From assembly GCA_964016885.1 (NCBI GenBank), contig OZ024760.1:31496001-31560000 (forward strand): a DNA stretch of 64,000 nucleotides. Direction: 5' to 3'. The translations under genes and the position numbers were made by a program. A model generated the notes under the pieces. The model did not search any database, was not told the DNA's origin, and was given only the letters and a program-made list of their open reading frames with translations. Positions within the stretch are counted from its first letter, which is position 1. The number at the start of each line of letters is the position of its first letter. Shown here piece by piece: positions 60,811-64,000 of this stretch. This stretch comes from Eledone cirrhosa. Taxonomy: Eukaryota.

Positions 60811-61885
60811 CTGGGACCACTACTGTTTTTGGTGGCTCTCTCAGACATGCCCTCTGTAGTACATACAACAACATCCCTCACTAGCTATGCTGATGACACT
60901 AAGGTAGCACAGTCAATCAAAAACCTGGCTGACGCTGCCCTTTTACAGCAGGATCTGGATGCCATATACAAATGGGCGGAAGAAAACAACATGCAGTTTA
61001 ATGCTGGCAAATTCCAAGCCCTACAATACAAACCTCCAAACAAACCTGCAAACACAAATATAGTGGAACGCAACTACACAGGACCAGGAGGGACCGATAT
61101 CCCCGTGTCAAAATCGATACGAGACCTGGGCATAGACATGAGCGATGATGCATCTTTTTCTTCACACATCATGAAAGTGGCGACAATGTGCAGACGACTC
61201 GCTGGCTGGATCTTGAGGACTTTCCGGACAAGAGATCGAGACACCATGTTGACACTATGGAGGACATTTGTCCTAAGCCGCCTGGACTACTGCTCCCAGT
61301 TGTGGTCACCCCATCATGTCAAACTAACCACGGAGCTTGAGGCAATCCAGCGAAGCTACACCAAGAGGATTACCAAGATGAGGGAGACAAGCTACTGGGA
61401 GAGGCTAAAGGAACTGAACCTCTACTCCTTGGAGCGAAGACGGGAGAGATACGCAGTGATCTACATGTGGAAAATCCTGGAGGGACTAGCACCAAACTTT
61501 GGCATTGGGAGCTGGACCAACCGTCGAACAGGACGTCACTGTGTGGTGCCAAAGGTCACGTCTTCCACATCTAGAATAAGGAGCAGGTATTGCAATAGCC
61601 TGGGATTCAAGGGCCCTCAACTCTTCAACAGGCTGCCGAGGCATCTGAGAGACTTGCATGACGTGGAGCTGGATGCCTTCAAGAAACATCTCGACACCTT
61701 GTTATCCAGGATCCCGGATGAGCCCACAGCAAGACACGAGGGAAACCTAAGGGCAGCAGCAACAAACTCCCTCCTACACCAGTAGCCAACCTATACAGGC
61801 TGGAGATAAAATGTGTAGCAACAAGGGCGGTGCCCCAGCATGGCCTCAGCCGGATGGCTGAAACAGGTAAAAGAGTAGTAAAAGT
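60807..61885 (+). mobile_element. 5'-truncated CR1-clade LINE, second subfamily
   Basis: [26 protein letters not shown] and [11 protein letters not shown] motifs; short tandem tail GTAAAAGA(G). Confidence 0.93.
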
Positions 61886-61991
61886 GTATATATACATATA
61901 TATATGTATATATATATATATATATGCATATATATATATATGCATATATGTGTGTATATATGCATATATATATATATGTATATATATGCAT

Positions 61992-63741
61992 ATCATCATC
62001 ATCATCATACGGCCGCTTTTCCCTGCTTGCAAGGGTGGGACGGGTCTTATTCAGCACAGCATCTCTCCACTCGTCACGGTCCCTCGTCATCTCCACCGTG
62101 AGCTTCAATGATCTGAGGTCTGTTCTCACCACCTCCGCCCATGTTTTTCGTGGTGTACCTCTACCACGTCTTCCTTCAACTGGCATTTCCTGGCACTTCT
62201 TCACCCATCGGTCATCCTCCATGCGCATCACATGTCCATACCACCTCAGTCTCCTCTCCCATACACTACATTCTATCCCTCTCAGACACAGTTTCTCTCT
62301 CAACACATTTATGCTGGGTCGTTCACGCACATTTACACTGCACATCCAACGGAGCATGCTTGCCTCATTTCTCTCCAGCCGTCGCATATCCTCTGCGGTT
62401 GCTACCCATGTCTCCTCACTACCATGCAGCATCGCGCTCCTCACACAGGCATCATACAACCGGCCTTTCGTACGCAGGGAGAAACCCTTCTTCGTCAACA
62501 GAGGAAGCAGCTCCCTAAACTTCTTCCAACCCGTCCTTATTCTAGATAGTATGGTCTTGGAACACCCTCCTCCCATGCTAATCTGATCTCCTAGGTACCG
62601 GAAGCTATCCACCACTTCTATAGCGCCCTCTCGCATTTGAAAAATGTGTCTATCAGTGCGACTTCTACTGTCTAATTTCCCTGTACATCTACTGCATACA
62701 TATTTCTCCCTACCTGTTAGTTTGCCTGCTATCCCGCTACATCTCTTGTGTACCCAGGACCTGCATTGTGTGCATTTTATAGAATTTATGCCAGTTCCTT
62801 TTCTGCATATCGAACATGGCCATTTCCCTGACGGAATCAGGGTTTTGTCCTCTTTTCTACTCATCAACACTTTTGTCTTAGCTAGATTTACTCTCAGTCC
62901 TCTTGCTTCCAACTGCTGTTTCCATAGCCGGAATTTATTCTCTAGCTCCTCTACTGATTCTGCTATAAGAACCAGATCGTCAGCATAGAGAAGTTCCCAT
63001 GGACAGCCAGTCTTAAACTCCTCTGTTATGGCTTGGAGGACTATAATGAACAAGAGCGGGCTGAGGACCGAACCCTGATGTACTCCTACTTGTATCTGGA
63101 ATTCCTCACTAAACTCCATTCCTACCCTGACTTTACTGAGAGTACCTCTGTACAAAGTTTGCACTGTCCTCACAAGCCATTCCTCAACACCTAGCTTCCT
63201 TAGGGACCACCAGATGACAGATCGGGGTACCCTATCAAAGGCCTTCTCTAGGTCAACAAAGGCTAAGTATAGTGGCTTATTCTTCTCTAAGAACCTCTCT
63301 TGCATTTGTCTCACCAAGAAGAGGGCATCTGTTGTACTCTTCCCAGGCACAAAACCAAACTGCATCTCATCTAGTTTGACCCTTTCTCTAATTAGTTGTG
63401 CTAAAATCCTTTCTGCCACTTTCATAACCTGATCTATCAGTTTTATACCCCTATAATTGCTCCTCTCCAAAGCATCCCCTTTACCTTTGTAGCAATTTAT
63501 GAGAATACTGCTGCACCAGTCTTTGGGTATGACACCACCATATATAGCCTGATTGATGATGCGTGCAACCAGTTTAGTGCCTACGTCCCCTGATGCCTTC
63601 AGCATCTCAGCAACTATTCCCGATGGTCCGGCCGCCTTACCATTTTTCATTTCCCTAATCGCCTCTTGGACCCTATATTCGTCAATCTCAATAGCTGGTC
63701 CCTCTGTCGGATCTATCAAGGGTAATTTCTCTCTCTCCCAT
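61992..63741 (-). mobile_element. 5'-truncated RTE LINE with open RT-to-C-terminus frame and (GAT)n tail
   Basis: Complete RT motif set, internal Cys/His finger and [12 protein letters not shown]; the ORF runs directly into (GAT)n. Confidence 0.95.
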
Positions 63742-63827
63742 ATATATATATATACATATGCATATATATATATATGCATATATATATGCATATGCATATA
63801 TATATGCATATATATATATATACACAC

Positions 63828-63879
<52 letters not shown>

Positions 63880-64000
63880 GCATATATATATATATGCATA
63901 TATATATATATATATATACATATGCATATATATATATATGCATATATATATATATATATATACATATGCATATATATATATGCATATATATATATATATA

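Overview
Eukaryotic (animal) genomic DNA, not prokaryotic. The repeat content ((TA)n fields, RTE, CR1 and R4/Dong LINEs, a tRNA-headed SINE) suggests a mollusc, probably an octopod cephalopod; this is an inference. Bases 1-11.4 kb hold the first seven coding exons of a minus-strand DEK gene (292 codons, all GT-AG, phases consistent), which continues off the left edge. Its introns are packed with minisatellites, SINEs, R4/Dong fragments and a DD37D mariner relic. Bases 11.8-36 kb are long (TA)n tracts carrying truncated RTE and CR1 LINEs, with a 200-N gap. Bases 36.05-60.7 kb are a very homogeneous 202-bp satellite (about 107 monomers, 10 spacer units, higher-order blocks) that abuts the 5' end of an RTE LINE. 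The most notable unannotated signal is a set of type I hammerhead ribozymes: four distinct intact-looking sequences plus degenerate relatives. Three sit in inverted repeats that place a copy on each strand, and one is on the sense strand of DEK intron 1. They are probably Penelope-like-element derived. The RTE reverse transcriptases carry a PHD-type Cys/His finger inside the RT domain. Almost all long ORFs in the supplied track are repeat artefacts.
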